DNA from: a virus
Taxonomy: Duplodnaviria; Caudoviricetes
Length of the DNA: 64,000 bases
Reading direction: 5' to 3' (one strand)
Virus record (IMG/VR): IMGVR_UViG_3300047160_004205
Coordinates: 1,686 to 65,685 of that record
Shown here: positions 38,692 to 46,946 of the stretch, in pieces
How the letters are laid out: each line of letters starts with the position of its first letter
Position numbering within the stretch: position 1 is the stretch's first letter
Made by a program: the position numbers and the translations under genes
The notes under the pieces: generated by a model
Seen by the model: only the letters and a program-made list of their open reading frames with translations
Database searches by the model: none
What the model was told of the DNA's origin: nothing

Positions 38692-39096
38692 CTAATCGGT
38701 TTCGCGATCAAATATCGGGCGAAGATTTTGCTCGATCCACAGTTTCATATAGGCAAAGCGGGTAACATCAGGCTGCTCATCGTTCTGGAACATAATCTCT
38801 GCGGCAAGCGCCTCAGAAATTCCAAACGCCTTAGCCACCGCCTCTCTATCTTCGGGGTCGATTTTACTCATATCAATCCCGCGAGCTTTCCCGACCGAAC
38901 CGATAGCACAAACGGCACCGTCGTCTTGCTCCAAATCATGGGCTATGAGCTTGCGTTCCGGTAGCTCATTCATGGTGTGCCACATTTCCAGAAGGAACGC
39001 TTGACCGCGTTTGCTGTTGATGCCAGCGGCGACAGCGCCGCGCCAGCGGATCAAATCCCATCCCCAACAGTCATCAGTGTAGCCAGATCGGCTCAA
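38692..39096 (-). CDS. Conserved phage hypothetical protein
   Basis: MSRSGYTDD...WRGAVAAGINSKRGQAFL; AGGAG RBS with TTG start. Confidence 0.65.
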   Translation of the reverse strand: MSRSGYTDDCWGWDLIRWRGAVAAGINSKRGQAFLLEMWHTMNELPERKLIAHDLEQDDGAVCAIGSVGKARGIDMSKIDPEDREAVAKAFGISEALAAEIMFQNDEQPDVTRFAYMKLWIEQNLRPIFDRETD

Positions 39097-39106
39097 GATT
39101 TGCCTC

Positions 39107-39286
39107 CTATTTCTCTAATGCCTTCTCGCGGCAACGGATGCGGGCGAAAGCGCCCTTTGATGACTCGATTACGGCGCGCGGATCAATCCCGTTCCATGCC
39201 AGAAGGTCTTGCAGGCGACAGATTTCGTCATTTTGTTCAAAGCACAGCTTGACGATTTCCTCGCGAGTGCCGTGAATGTCAGACAT
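39107..39286 (-). CDS. Hypothetical protein (likely start MSDIHG)
   Basis: GAGGAG RBS. Confidence 0.5.
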   Translation of the reverse strand: MSDIHGTREEIVKLCFEQNDEICRLQDLLAWNGIDPRAVIESSKGAFARIRCREKALEK

Positions 39287-39426
39287 GGCGGCTCCTCTAT
39301 CTATTTCCAGATTACGAACAGATGGGCGATGGGCTGCATTGTTTCTTCCCAGAACCATAGCGGTGTCACTCGCTCCCCTGTCAGCAGCCAATAATAAGCC
39401 AAGATGGCGCTCCTTGCTGTCAGTTG

Positions 39427-39708
39427 TTATTGCGAACAATCATCGGCCAGACCCATTACGACATATCCCGGCTCAACTCCGAGCTGCCCGCCCGTCAGTA
39501 TCCAAGTCACACGGCGACGCAATGCCTTCGGCGCGCCGCAACCCTTGGCATAGTCCAACTCGTAAAGTCCGTTTTGCGGATTGAATTTGTGCAAGATTAG
39601 AATGTCGCCCTTTTGAAAGCCCCGGTCATCGCGCCGAACTTCAAAGTTTTTCGCGCCAGACTCAACGGCGTCCCAATAGACCGGCCAAGTTTTCAGGCGA
39701 TGTTCCAA
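39427..39708 (-). CDS. DUF3850 / ASCH (PUA-like) domain protein
   Basis: HRLKTWPVYWDAVESGAKNFEVRRDDRGFQKGDILIL...GYVVMGL. Confidence 0.85.
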   Translation of the reverse strand: MEHRLKTWPVYWDAVESGAKNFEVRRDDRGFQKGDILILHKFNPQNGLYELDYAKGCGAPKALRRRVTWILTGGQLGVEPGYVVMGLADDCSQ

Positions 39709-39716
39709 GACGGCTC

Positions 39717-39899
39717 CTATTCTGCTAGTGCTTTCTTGGCCAAATCTGTTAGCTCCGACCAACTACTGTGGCGGTCATCTGCGATACGCAGCAAGTAGGC
39801 ACGAAGCCTGTTGATCTCGGCGGTTAATTCTTCCGCATAAGCGCGGTAATCATCCACCGTCGATAGATAGTCTCCGACCTTGAACAACTTGGTTTTCAC
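39717..39899 (-). CDS. Hypothetical protein
   Basis: 60 aa, AGGAG RBS, GTG start. Confidence 0.55.
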   Translation of the reverse strand: MKTKLFKVGDYLSTVDDYRAYAEELTAEINRLRAYLLRIADDRHSSWSELTDLAKKALAE

Positions 39900-39908
39900 C
39901 GACGCTCC

Positions 39909-40127
39909 TTATTCTCGTTCACGCTTGCGAACGAGTTTAGCGATTATCTCGAAGATCGCGTTGAATGCTTTCCAAAACATCCATGGCCTCCATGATGCCA
40001 AAAATCGCTCCCTATCAGTAAGCAGCCCTATATATTCTTCGTAGGCCGACACAAGTTGCAGAATGACTACTTGTCGGTCCACGGCGGCTCCTGCTAAACG
40101 AACTGGATATGGTGAACAAGCCACCAA
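39909..40127 (-). CDS. Hypothetical protein (start uncertain)
   Basis: In operon, amphipathic helices. Confidence 0.4.
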   Translation of the reverse strand: MVACSPYPVRLAGAAVDRQVVILQLVSAYEEYIGLLTDRERFLASWRPWMFWKAFNAIFEIIAKLVRKRERE

Positions 40128-40230
40128 ATGCAGAGCGGCAATCCGATGGCGGCGGCTATCACGGACACGACGATAGCGACCATTCCGATGAACGCCAGAT
40201 AATAGACACCGCTAAAGTCAACTGGCCCCA

Positions 40231-40407
40231 TCAGACAAACCCTTTATCCTTCGCCAGCCATAGCGGCATCGTGAAAGTGCCATCGCTATTTTGCTCGACC
40301 TGAGACTTAGGCACCCATTCAGTCTTGGTGCCGTCGTGTAGCCGCCACGCCTTCTCAGTTTCGCCCCTGACTTCGGCGGCAATGTCGATTAATTCACGCT
40401 TCCCCAT
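40231..40407 (-). CDS. 58-aa conserved-type phage protein (below track cutoff)
   Basis: Manual translation MGKRELIDIAAEVRGETEKAWRLHDGTKTEWVPKSQVEQNSDGTFTMPLWLAKDKGFV; AGGAG upstream. Confidence 0.7.
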   Translation of the reverse strand: MGKRELIDIAAEVRGETEKAWRLHDGTKTEWVPKSQVEQNSDGTFTMPLWLAKDKGFV

Positions 40408-40418
40408 CCAATCGTCTC

Positions 40419-41699
40419 CTACAGCGGTGGAAGAAACGTCGAATCAAACTTGATGTGCGGTAGATAGGGCTGCGGCTCCCGGGTACGGATGCCGTAGAAG
40501 ATCACTCCGGGGGTTAACGCTGTAACCCTGACATTACGGTAGGCGACTGAACCGGGGACTGAGATGTTCAGTATCCCAGCCTCGCCTTCAGGCTTCGCTA
40601 CAGGCTCGCAAGAAAAATTGGAGTCCTCATCCTCGACGCGAACTTGCCCGCCCGCCTCGCCGCCAGAGACCAAGACATCGACCGGGCCGGAAATCGGCAT
40701 GTCCACGATCGGAGGGGCTGTCCACATCTCGAAACCTTCCGGCCCGTGATCGACGCAATTCGCCCCGGACTTCCAGGCAAAGCACCCATAACCGAGCGCC
40801 CATTTGAATCGCCAATGGCCAGAGTACGTCCCGCCGAGCCCTCTGATCTGGTGCGGGAAGATTGTCCACGTCCCGCTGTGAAACAGCCGCATCCCCGGGG
40901 TAGTGGGCGTTTCCACCCTGCCCTTACGTATCGCAGCGAGACTCTCGGTGTACCGAGCCAGCGCCGCCTTATCGCGGCGTTCCTTCACTTCCTTCTTTGC
41001 CATCTCCAAACCCATACTCTTGATGTTCTCAAGTTGGGAGGCTTTGGCGGGCGTAAGGGCGAGGCTGCATAAACCGTGCTGGGCGAGCATCCGATCGTAC
41101 TGCCAGTCGGCAACAAGCATGTGATCCGAGCCCCTGAAGGCCCAATACGGCCCGATATCCACCCCTGAGAGCATGGCAAAAGTCTTACGGTTCTCCGATG
41201 TCATTCCGGTGCGGTAATAGCGGAGGACGATTTCCGCTGCGGCGCGGGAAAAAATAACCATGCCAGCACCAAGATTGTGCATAACAGCAAAGCCATCACA
41301 CTGAACAAGAACGCGATCCACATAACAGCGGGCAGACACCGCTCCCACCTCCAAGCCTGCTTGTTTGCCGTAATCAAAGAGCGCCATCGTCTTATCGAAC
41401 CAACCGTCATGGAGCATCACATCGTTTTCAACGAGTCCGATATAATCATACGCGCCACCGTCCTCCCTTCCGTAGTCAAGTAAGGATGTAAGCGCGCAAA
41501 CAATATAGCGGCACGATCCACCCGTAAGACGAACTGCGGTGTGTACTTTGTCGCTAAACTTTTCTTGATACGCCTTGCCTTCTTCGTTTTGCGAGCCATC
41601 GAACCACCATACATCTGCTGGGGATTGGATTAGGGGCTTGAGCGTCCGCTTCGTCTTATCGACGCGATCCTTTGAGGAGTAGGCGATACCGACTCTCAC
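40419..41699 (-). CDS. GT-A fold (GT2-like) glycosyltransferase with C-terminal beta domain
   Basis: GIAYSSKDR, WFDGS, YDYIGLVENDV, GAVS, LGAGMVIFSR. Confidence 0.7.
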   Translation of the reverse strand: MRVGIAYSSKDRVDKTKRTLKPLIQSPADVWWFDGSQNEEGKAYQEKFSDKVHTAVRLTGGSCRYIVCALTSLLDYGREDGGAYDYIGLVENDVMLHDGWFDKTMALFDYGKQAGLEVGAVSARCYVDRVLVQCDGFAVMHNLGAGMVIFSRAAAEIVLRYYRTGMTSENRKTFAMLSGVDIGPYWAFRGSDHMLVADWQYDRMLAQHGLCSLALTPAKASQLENIKSMGLEMAKKEVKERRDKAALARYTESLAAIRKGRVETPTTPGMRLFHSGTWTIFPHQIRGLGGTYSGHWRFKWALGYGCFAWKSGANCVDHGPEGFEMWTAPPIVDMPISGPVDVLVSGGEAGGQVRVEDEDSNFSCEPVAKPEGEAGILNISVPGSVAYRNVRVTALTPGVIFYGIRTREPQPYLPHIKFDSTFLPPL

Positions 41700-41944
41700 G
41701 GCGATACCGGCTCAAATCCCCAGAGCACGGCGCTAGTCAGGGGCGGCTTGGGCTTATTCGGCTGGGAGGAGAACTGACTGAGCCCCTCGACGCCATGGAT
41801 TCTTTTCTCTCGCCGCCGAGGCATTGCCAGCGGTAGCTCCGCGTAACCCACATACTTATGCGGCGGCTTGGGATCGGGCATGAAAGCAAAGCCCGACGCG
41901 CCCTTGATGGCTGATCGTCTGTTCTGCATCGGCCGTTTCAGCAC
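41696..41944 (-). CDS. Hypothetical basic protein
   Basis: 82 aa coupled between two glycosyltransferases. Confidence 0.45.
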   Translation of the reverse strand: MLKRPMQNRRSAIKGASGFAFMPDPKPPHKYVGYAELPLAMPRRREKRIHGVEGLSQFSSQPNKPKPPLTSAVLWGFEPVSP

Positions 41945-42967
41945 CTAAGCTGCCTTCTCTTGGAGGGCGGTTTCAACGTCGTCCATGAACGCATCGGCCA
42001 ACTCGGTTGCGCCCTGCGGCCACCATTTCAGTCGGGACAGCAGATGGTAGACGGCGCGCATCCGTTCGTTCTTCGGCAAGATTATAGCGTCGAGCGCCTC
42101 CGCCAGTTCAACGATGTGCTCCATGCCGAACATCTCCGCCTTCAAGTCCTGCACCAGATCGTGCTGGTTCCGTTGCTGCCAGACAAAAGGCTTACCGAAA
42201 TGAACATGGTAGCCCTCTTCTCTCATGATCCTCTGGCAGATCAGTGAAGCGAAGATGTCGTCGTAGCGTCCGAACTGGGGGCAGCAGAGCAAGGCTGGGG
42301 CGAACTTTGAAAGCACCGCAGTGTTCTGTGTGTTGCAAACAGTCCAAGTATCGTTGCCAACAACAAATCCGGCGTGAAACAACTCGGAGACGGTGTGAAC
42401 GAGAGGATGCTGAGACATCCTATCCACAGCAGAGGTGTCCGGATCGCCAAGGATGACTCCCTGCGCTAGCCCGATCTTAACCCCCGTCGCATATCCAATC
42501 TTTGCCCTAGATGATACATCTTGCGGAAACCCGCGTTGCACAACCGGCTTACCGTCGTGCGGAAACTGCCACTGCCCGGGATCGAACCAAGTTCCATTTC
42601 CTCCTACTTTCAATCCCGAGAAATCTTCAGCAAATAGGGAGTCGAAGTCGGCGAAGTACAGCCGATCCAACGGGATATTATCGTCGTCGCAAGTGACGAT
42701 CACATCGGCACCTGAGCGGATGGCTTCAAGGAGGGCGATGTTCCTTCTTGTGATGGTGTTCCAACCCAACAGTTCCGAGCATTTCCATTGTCTCTGGCTG
42801 TCTGGCGACAGGTAGCGGACGACGCCGGGCAGACTTGAGCAATACTCCGCTGCCTGGACTCGGGTTTTCTTGTCGCCAGCAACGAACATCGGCACCCCGA
42901 ACCCGTGCCTCCGGTACAGGCTGAGAACCGTGGGGATGTTGATGGTGGTGGTTATCAGGGCGATCAT
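41945..42967 (-). CDS. STELLO/DUF288- or GT75 (RGP)-like glycosyltransferase
   Basis: ITTTIN, VAGDKKT, RRNIALLEA, CDDDN, GDPDTSA, NTQNT, GRYDDIFAS, QQRNQHDLVQDLKAEM. Confidence 0.75.
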   Translation of the reverse strand: MIALITTTINIPTVLSLYRRHGFGVPMFVAGDKKTRVQAAEYCSSLPGVVRYLSPDSQRQWKCSELLGWNTITRRNIALLEAIRSGADVIVTCDDDNIPLDRLYFADFDSLFAEDFSGLKVGGNGTWFDPGQWQFPHDGKPVVQRGFPQDVSSRAKIGYATGVKIGLAQGVILGDPDTSAVDRMSQHPLVHTVSELFHAGFVVGNDTWTVCNTQNTAVLSKFAPALLCCPQFGRYDDIFASLICQRIMREEGYHVHFGKPFVWQQRNQHDLVQDLKAEMFGMEHIVELAEALDAIILPKNERMRAVYHLLSRLKWWPQGATELADAFMDDVETALQEKAA

Positions 42968-43128
42968 GCGGCGCGTAAATCCTTCAGGAACTCATCGATC
43001 AGTTTACGGACTAGCTGGGGGGCCGTCTGGTAGCGATCCATTGCGGCCTTCTGCATCGCCTTCCATTTGATGGGCTCGATCCGGATGTTGATCGGTAGAG
43101 TCTTGTGCACTTTCTTCTTCTTGCTCAT
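42964..43128 (-). CDS. 54-aa ribbon-helix-helix-like DNA-binding protein (below track cutoff)
   Basis: MSKKKKVHKTLPINIRIEPIKWKAMQKAAMDRYQTAPQLVRKLIDEFLKDLRAA; ATGA overlaps on both sides. Confidence 0.65.
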   Translation of the reverse strand: MSKKKKVHKTLPINIRIEPIKWKAMQKAAMDRYQTAPQLVRKLIDEFLKDLRAA

Positions 43129-43358
43129 GAGTCCACCCGTATTGAGAGCGGTTGCAGCTGAGCGGACAGGGAGGATAGGAAACTCCCCCGGCCGTTGACG
43201 TACTGGGCCTGCTCTGAGGTGGAGAGCGAGGAGGGTTTATCGGGCGACCACACCACCACCACGGAGCTTAGAACCCCATTGGGGGCGTTGCCGGATACCG
43301 TGGCGTATATCTGGCAAAGCCGGTTCCCGACCCTAAAGCTGGAAGCGTACTCGCTCAT
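43125..43358 (-). CDS. Hypothetical protein
   Basis: 77 aa, ATGA-coupled. Confidence 0.5.
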   Translation of the reverse strand: MSEYASSFRVGNRLCQIYATVSGNAPNGVLSSVVVVWSPDKPSSLSTSEQAQYVNGRGSFLSSLSAQLQPLSIRVDS

Positions 43359-43549
43359 TTGAACTCTCTCGGCTCGAAACGAAAACCAACCAAAAACTCC
43401 GTGCCTTTATTGACCATCACAACCGGAACCTCTGCCACCACCATGTCAGTTTCTACGTCGCGGACAACGGCAACGATGGCTCCGTAGCAGTGTGCAGTCA
43501 CGAGTTGCTTGACCAATACATTCTCATCACCGCCGTGCTTGCGGCTCAT
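43355..43549 (-). CDS. Hypothetical protein (likely start MSRKHG)
   Basis: ATGA overlap with methyltransferase stop. Confidence 0.5.
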   Translation of the reverse strand: MSRKHGGDENVLVKQLVTAHCYGAIVAVVRDVETDMVVAEVPVVMVNKGTEFLVGFRFEPREFK

Positions 43550-44136
43550 TTCAGCCTCACTACCCAAGCCTCGCCGTGCCGCCTGCCCAATAACTCAAAA
43601 TCCCGATCGGTGGAGTCGAGCCACTCCCTGAACGCCTTCTGCTCATGATTGATGTTTCTTACCGCGCCATCGATCTCGTCAAAAACGAGGATCGAGCCGG
43701 GCTGGAGCCAGCGGGTTAAGATTTCCAACGCGTGCTTGGTGGACGAGTAGATGTCCATGTCGAAATGGACGAAGGCTGGTGCCGTATCGTACTCCAGTAA
43801 AAATTCAGGAAGGGTGTCCTCAATCCTCCCGATGACGAACTCGCCATTGTCGGGGCGGGAAGGAGGAACTCCCTGCATGTCCAACTCCCGATCGATAGGG
43901 GGTTCATCGGTGGGATAGTTTCTCCAGGCTTCCGGTAAACCTCGAAACCAGTCGAACCCATAAACCTTGCGGGGATGGGCGAGACTACAGATTTCGTTAA
44001 AACTCTGCCCCTGGTACACCCCCAGCTCAATTATCAACCCCTCCCCGACATGGGTGAAAATCTCCTTCCAGTCCATGAACTTCAGCTTGTTGGACGAGAG
44101 GATGATGTCGAGCTTGAGATTCTTGTTGAATTGCAT
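43546..44136 (-). CDS. TylF/MycF-like class I SAM O-methyltransferase (start 44136 or 44076)
   Basis: ELGVYQG, YGFDWFRGLPE, GRIEDTLP, FVHFDMDIYSST, GSILVFDE. Confidence 0.85.
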   Translation of the reverse strand: MQFNKNLKLDIILSSNKLKFMDWKEIFTHVGEGLIIELGVYQGQSFNEICSLAHPRKVYGFDWFRGLPEAWRNYPTDEPPIDRELDMQGVPPSRPDNGEFVIGRIEDTLPEFLLEYDTAPAFVHFDMDIYSSTKHALEILTRWLQPGSILVFDEIDGAVRNINHEQKAFREWLDSTDRDFELLGRRHGEAWVVRLK

Positions 44137-44232
44137 CAGCCACCGACTAGCGGAGTGCAATCCGGAAACTGCACTCCGCCGTGTAATCCCGAGTCAGGGG
44201 TTGTCGGGGGATGGGGAACGACCCGGGAATCG

Positions 44233-44253
44233 GTGTAGCTTACACTGCTACGC
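44233..44253 (-). promoter_or_regulatory. Palindromic operator copy 1 in leftward promoter (TTGACA at 44264..44259)
   Basis: Minus strand GCGTAG CAGTGTAAG CTACAC. Confidence 0.7.
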
Positions 44254-44279
44254 TTGGCTGTCAACTGGGCAAAACAATC

Positions 44280-44474
44280 TTACCGCTTTTTCTTCGCCGG
44301 GTGATGCTTATCCTTTGGTTCAGCTTCCTCATGGACTGGAGCAGGGGTGTTCTCCGCCGCGATCAGCCCGCCGATCTGTTGCAGCGCATCATCAATAGTG
44401 GGGATATCCACGGTGCCGTCGTGTGTTGCCCGGTAAATCCGGTTGAGTTGCTCCTGAAGCGCATGGGTGTCCAT
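44280..44474 (-). CDS. Hypothetical protein
   Basis: 64 aa, AGGAG RBS. Confidence 0.55.
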   Translation of the reverse strand: MDTHALQEQLNRIYRATHDGTVDIPTIDDALQQIGGLIAAENTPAPVHEEAEPKDKHHPAKKKR

Positions 44475-44579
44475 GATCCAAACTCCTGCCCCACAACACC
44501 TTGTCTACACTTAACACCTTCAGGGCGTAATCCGTCATCGGATCGCCGACGTGAAACGGGGAAAACACAGTCTGGCAAG

Positions 44580-45107
44580 TTAGGAACGAGAGCGCGAGGC
44601 TAACCACAACAGCCCCCCTAAGCCTGTCAGCAATAAAGGCAGCGTCGAGGGGATAGGCGTTGTTGGATGATACATCAGCCAATCGGCTCCATCTGGGACA
44701 ACGACATTGCCATAAGCCTGAACCCCGCAGCCGGTATAGGGGGCAAACGTCTGGCATCCGTACAAGAAGAAATCATTGCCGCCATTGTCGTTGGTAGGTG
44801 CGTATGAAGTCACCAACGAGAAGCTCCCGCTGCCCCCTGGACTGATGCTCCCAGGCCCATAACCCGAGTAGAACTCGTAGAACCCCCCGCACTCGTTATA
44901 GGGAGGACTACAGATCGTCCCCGAGAAGGCCCCGTACATCGTCCAACCGTCAGGCTTGGTGGAAAACACCGGGATCGGCTGGATGCCGGGCCCCTGTCCA
45001 ACGAAGATATCCAAATGAGTGATTAAGACAGGGGGATTATCGATGGTGTAATTGTACGTCCACATCCCCGTACTAGGATCGAAGCTGTCGGCTGAGATCA
45101 CACTCAT
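44580..45107 (-). CDS. Protein with VPLPA-CTERM-like sorting tail
   Basis: C-terminus PIPSTLPLLLTGLGGLLWLASRSRS. Confidence 0.65.
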   Translation of the reverse strand: MSVISADSFDPSTGMWTYNYTIDNPPVLITHLDIFVGQGPGIQPIPVFSTKPDGWTMYGAFSGTICSPPYNECGGFYEFYSGYGPGSISPGGSGSFSLVTSYAPTNDNGGNDFFLYGCQTFAPYTGCGVQAYGNVVVPDGADWLMYHPTTPIPSTLPLLLTGLGGLLWLASRSRS

Positions 45108-45376
45108 TTGGTTCTAGGCCAGGGTTCAGATCGCTTCTCGAACTTCCAACAGGCGAGATGCTTCAAGCGGATGTCCGTCGCAGAACCAAACGTCCAATCG
45201 GTTAAACCACACTTGTAATAAGTCCGCTGCCTCCGGCGCGCGACACAAAATCTACAAGTCCCACACCGCTCCCCCTTAGGGCCCGAGCCAGGAGGACCAG
45301 CATGAGCCCGGGCTCTCCTCACACTCGGAGCCCACCACTCCCCAGTGAACAAATCCCTCGTCTCAAGATTTCTCAC
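45104..45376 (-). CDS. Cys-rich Zn-binding phage protein
   Basis: GPKGERCGTCRFC...YYKCGL...ATDIRLKHLACWKF. Confidence 0.65.
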   Translation of the reverse strand: MRNLETRDLFTGEWWAPSVRRARAHAGPPGSGPKGERCGTCRFCVARRRQRTYYKCGLTDWTFGSATDIRLKHLACWKFEKRSEPWPRTK

Positions 45377-45593
45377 GTTGTTCCTTCTGCCGACGAAACC
45401 ATAGCGCCCGCGAAATCCCCTCCTCCTCCCACGGCCGCCCCATCACACTGTCCGCCTCAACCCTGGGCCGCCCAACCTTGATCTTTCCCCTTAAAACCCC
45501 CTCATGCGTCAATCCACGATTGGGACACGCTCTCTGCCCCGCAGGCCACGGATGTCGAAAACCACATAAACAATCATACCAGTCCATCATCAT
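45363..45593 (-). CDS. Small basic putative DNA-binding protein
   Basis: CLCG..H, KVGRPR, RPWEEEGISRALWFRR. Confidence 0.55.
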   Translation of the reverse strand: MMMDWYDCLCGFRHPWPAGQRACPNRGLTHEGVLRGKIKVGRPRVEADSVMGRPWEEEGISRALWFRRQKEQREKS

Positions 45594-45898
45594 CTCCGTA
45601 GATAATTTAGTACAGTGCCGTAGACAATTCAGTCAAGAGTTTCATTTTTTCTGTGCGGGGGGAAGAGGGTGGGGTGGCCCCGATCTTTCCTTCACCGCGT
45701 CCATGCCATGCGCGAGAAACCCCTGATACACGGGCATTTCCCCTGCCATGCCAGCCCTGCAAAGTGACACAAGACATGACACAAGAACCAGCTCTGCAAC
45801 GCTAACCCATTGAAATACAACACTAGCTAGCGGATGATATATCGTCTAGTGGAAGCTGGATGGCTTGCCAGAGGGGCTAAAAAGGGCTATTTGGGGCT

Positions 45899-46294
45899 AT
45901 GGCTAACCCATTGAACGAGCAGGGAAACCAACGAGATGATGCGGGTTTATCGCATATCCCACTTTCGAACCAAGAACTTGTATCGCCACGTCAAGCGGCG
46001 AGTTCTGCGATCCGCGAGGCGATGTCTGTTATTGGGATAAGACGGGTTAATGGGGTTCCTGCGGTTACATTGAGATCGTGGCGGAACGGCAATAGGATTG
46101 CGCCACGATGGTTTTTAGAGTGGTTAGGACAGGAACTAGCGCGCAAAAAAAGTGCCATCCAGAACGCTGAGAATGGCTTGGCGGGCTATCAGCGCGGGCG
46201 CGGACAGGGTGCAAGCCTTCGCGACTGGTGGAAAGCAAAGAAAGCCGCGCAAAGACAGACTTTAATCGAGGCGTCAAAAAACTCCCGCTTATAA
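45899..46294 (+). CDS. Putative HTH DNA-binding protein
   Basis: VPAVTLRSWRNGNR helix-turn-helix-like segment; TTGCCA-17-TATTTG immediately upstream. Confidence 0.45.
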   Translation: MANPLNEQGNQRDDAGLSHIPLSNQELVSPRQAASSAIREAMSVIGIRRVNGVPAVTLRSWRNGNRIAPRWFLEWLGQELARKKSAIQNAENGLAGYQRGRGQGASLRDWWKAKKAAQRQTLIEASKNSRL

Positions 46295-46403
46295 CGTAAG
46301 ACATTGAGCTTATTACCAAATAATTGCGCGCTTTGCCGAGTCAGCCAAGCATAGCGCGCTAAAAACCTTATTGCAAATCAAAGCCTTATATAATCCCTTG
46401 CCA

Positions 46404-46424
46404 GTGTAGCATTGCGCGCTACGC
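46404..46424 (+). promoter_or_regulatory. Palindromic operator copy 2 in early promoter (TTGCCA-16-TACGCT)
   Basis: GTGTAG CATTGCGCG CTACGC. Confidence 0.7.
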
Positions 46425-46429
46425 TGTGA

Positions 46430-46626
46430 ATCCGCTCAGATTTGAGCGGAACGGGGAAAACCCTATCGAAGCCAAACGGCGACAACGCGGCAATTCAGGC
46501 ATAAGCGCCAGTTAGTGGATTCCAAGCCACTATGTGAGAGCCAGCCAAAATCGCGGAAAGCCGAGCCGCGTCGGGCGCTGATTAACGGGTACAGCCCTTA
46601 GCGCCAAATCCGAATCATCATTTTTT
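46430..46626 (+). ncRNA. Candidate structured leader / small RNA
   Basis: No ORF; several hairpins (ccgctca/tgagcgg, agtgg/ccact, cgcgg/ccgcg, ggcgct/agcgcc) between promoter and a T-tract. Confidence 0.35.
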
Positions 46627-46681
46627 AATTACAGCCGCGCTAATGCGGCATTAGGCAATTTTGCCAAGAGGAGCATCGAAA

Positions 46682-46876
46682 ATGAACCGACTAATGAACG
46701 AACAACTAGGCTTGGACGAGCCGGAAAATACGCGATGCGGAGTCTATCTGGCGCGCGTGCTAGGGCTCAAAAAAATACCCGGAACCAATCGCTATGAGAC
46801 GCAATGGGGCAACAAAACTGCCCTTGGACTCTATCTCACATTGAAAACGATTATTGACGAAAAAATACAAGCTTGA
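46682..46876 (+). CDS. Early hypothetical protein (start MNRLMN)
   Basis: AAGAGGAGCA RBS. Confidence 0.6.
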   Translation: MNRLMNEQLGLDEPENTRCGVYLARVLGLKKIPGTNRYETQWGNKTALGLYLTLKTIIDEKIQA

Positions 46877-46946
46877 CTCATAGCCCCGTTCACGCGGGGC
46901 GTTTGGCAATTTAACGCGCCTTGCCAGCGCAAGAGGAGCAATCACA

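Noticed and set aside
35451-44136. Glycosyltransferases as a DNA hypermodification cluster
   Set aside because: No base-activating enzyme or phage DNA polymerase recognised, and TPR fusions argue for protein substrates; not fully excluded without nucleoside analysis
44392-44757. 121-aa ORF overlapping the CTERM gene
   Set aside because: Alternative frame overlapping two better-supported ORFs; no motifs
46430-46626. Hammerhead or other known ribozyme; tRNA
   Set aside because: No CUGAUGA/GAAA core in the right context; no T-loop GTTCRA or cloverleaf seen here or elsewhere by eye
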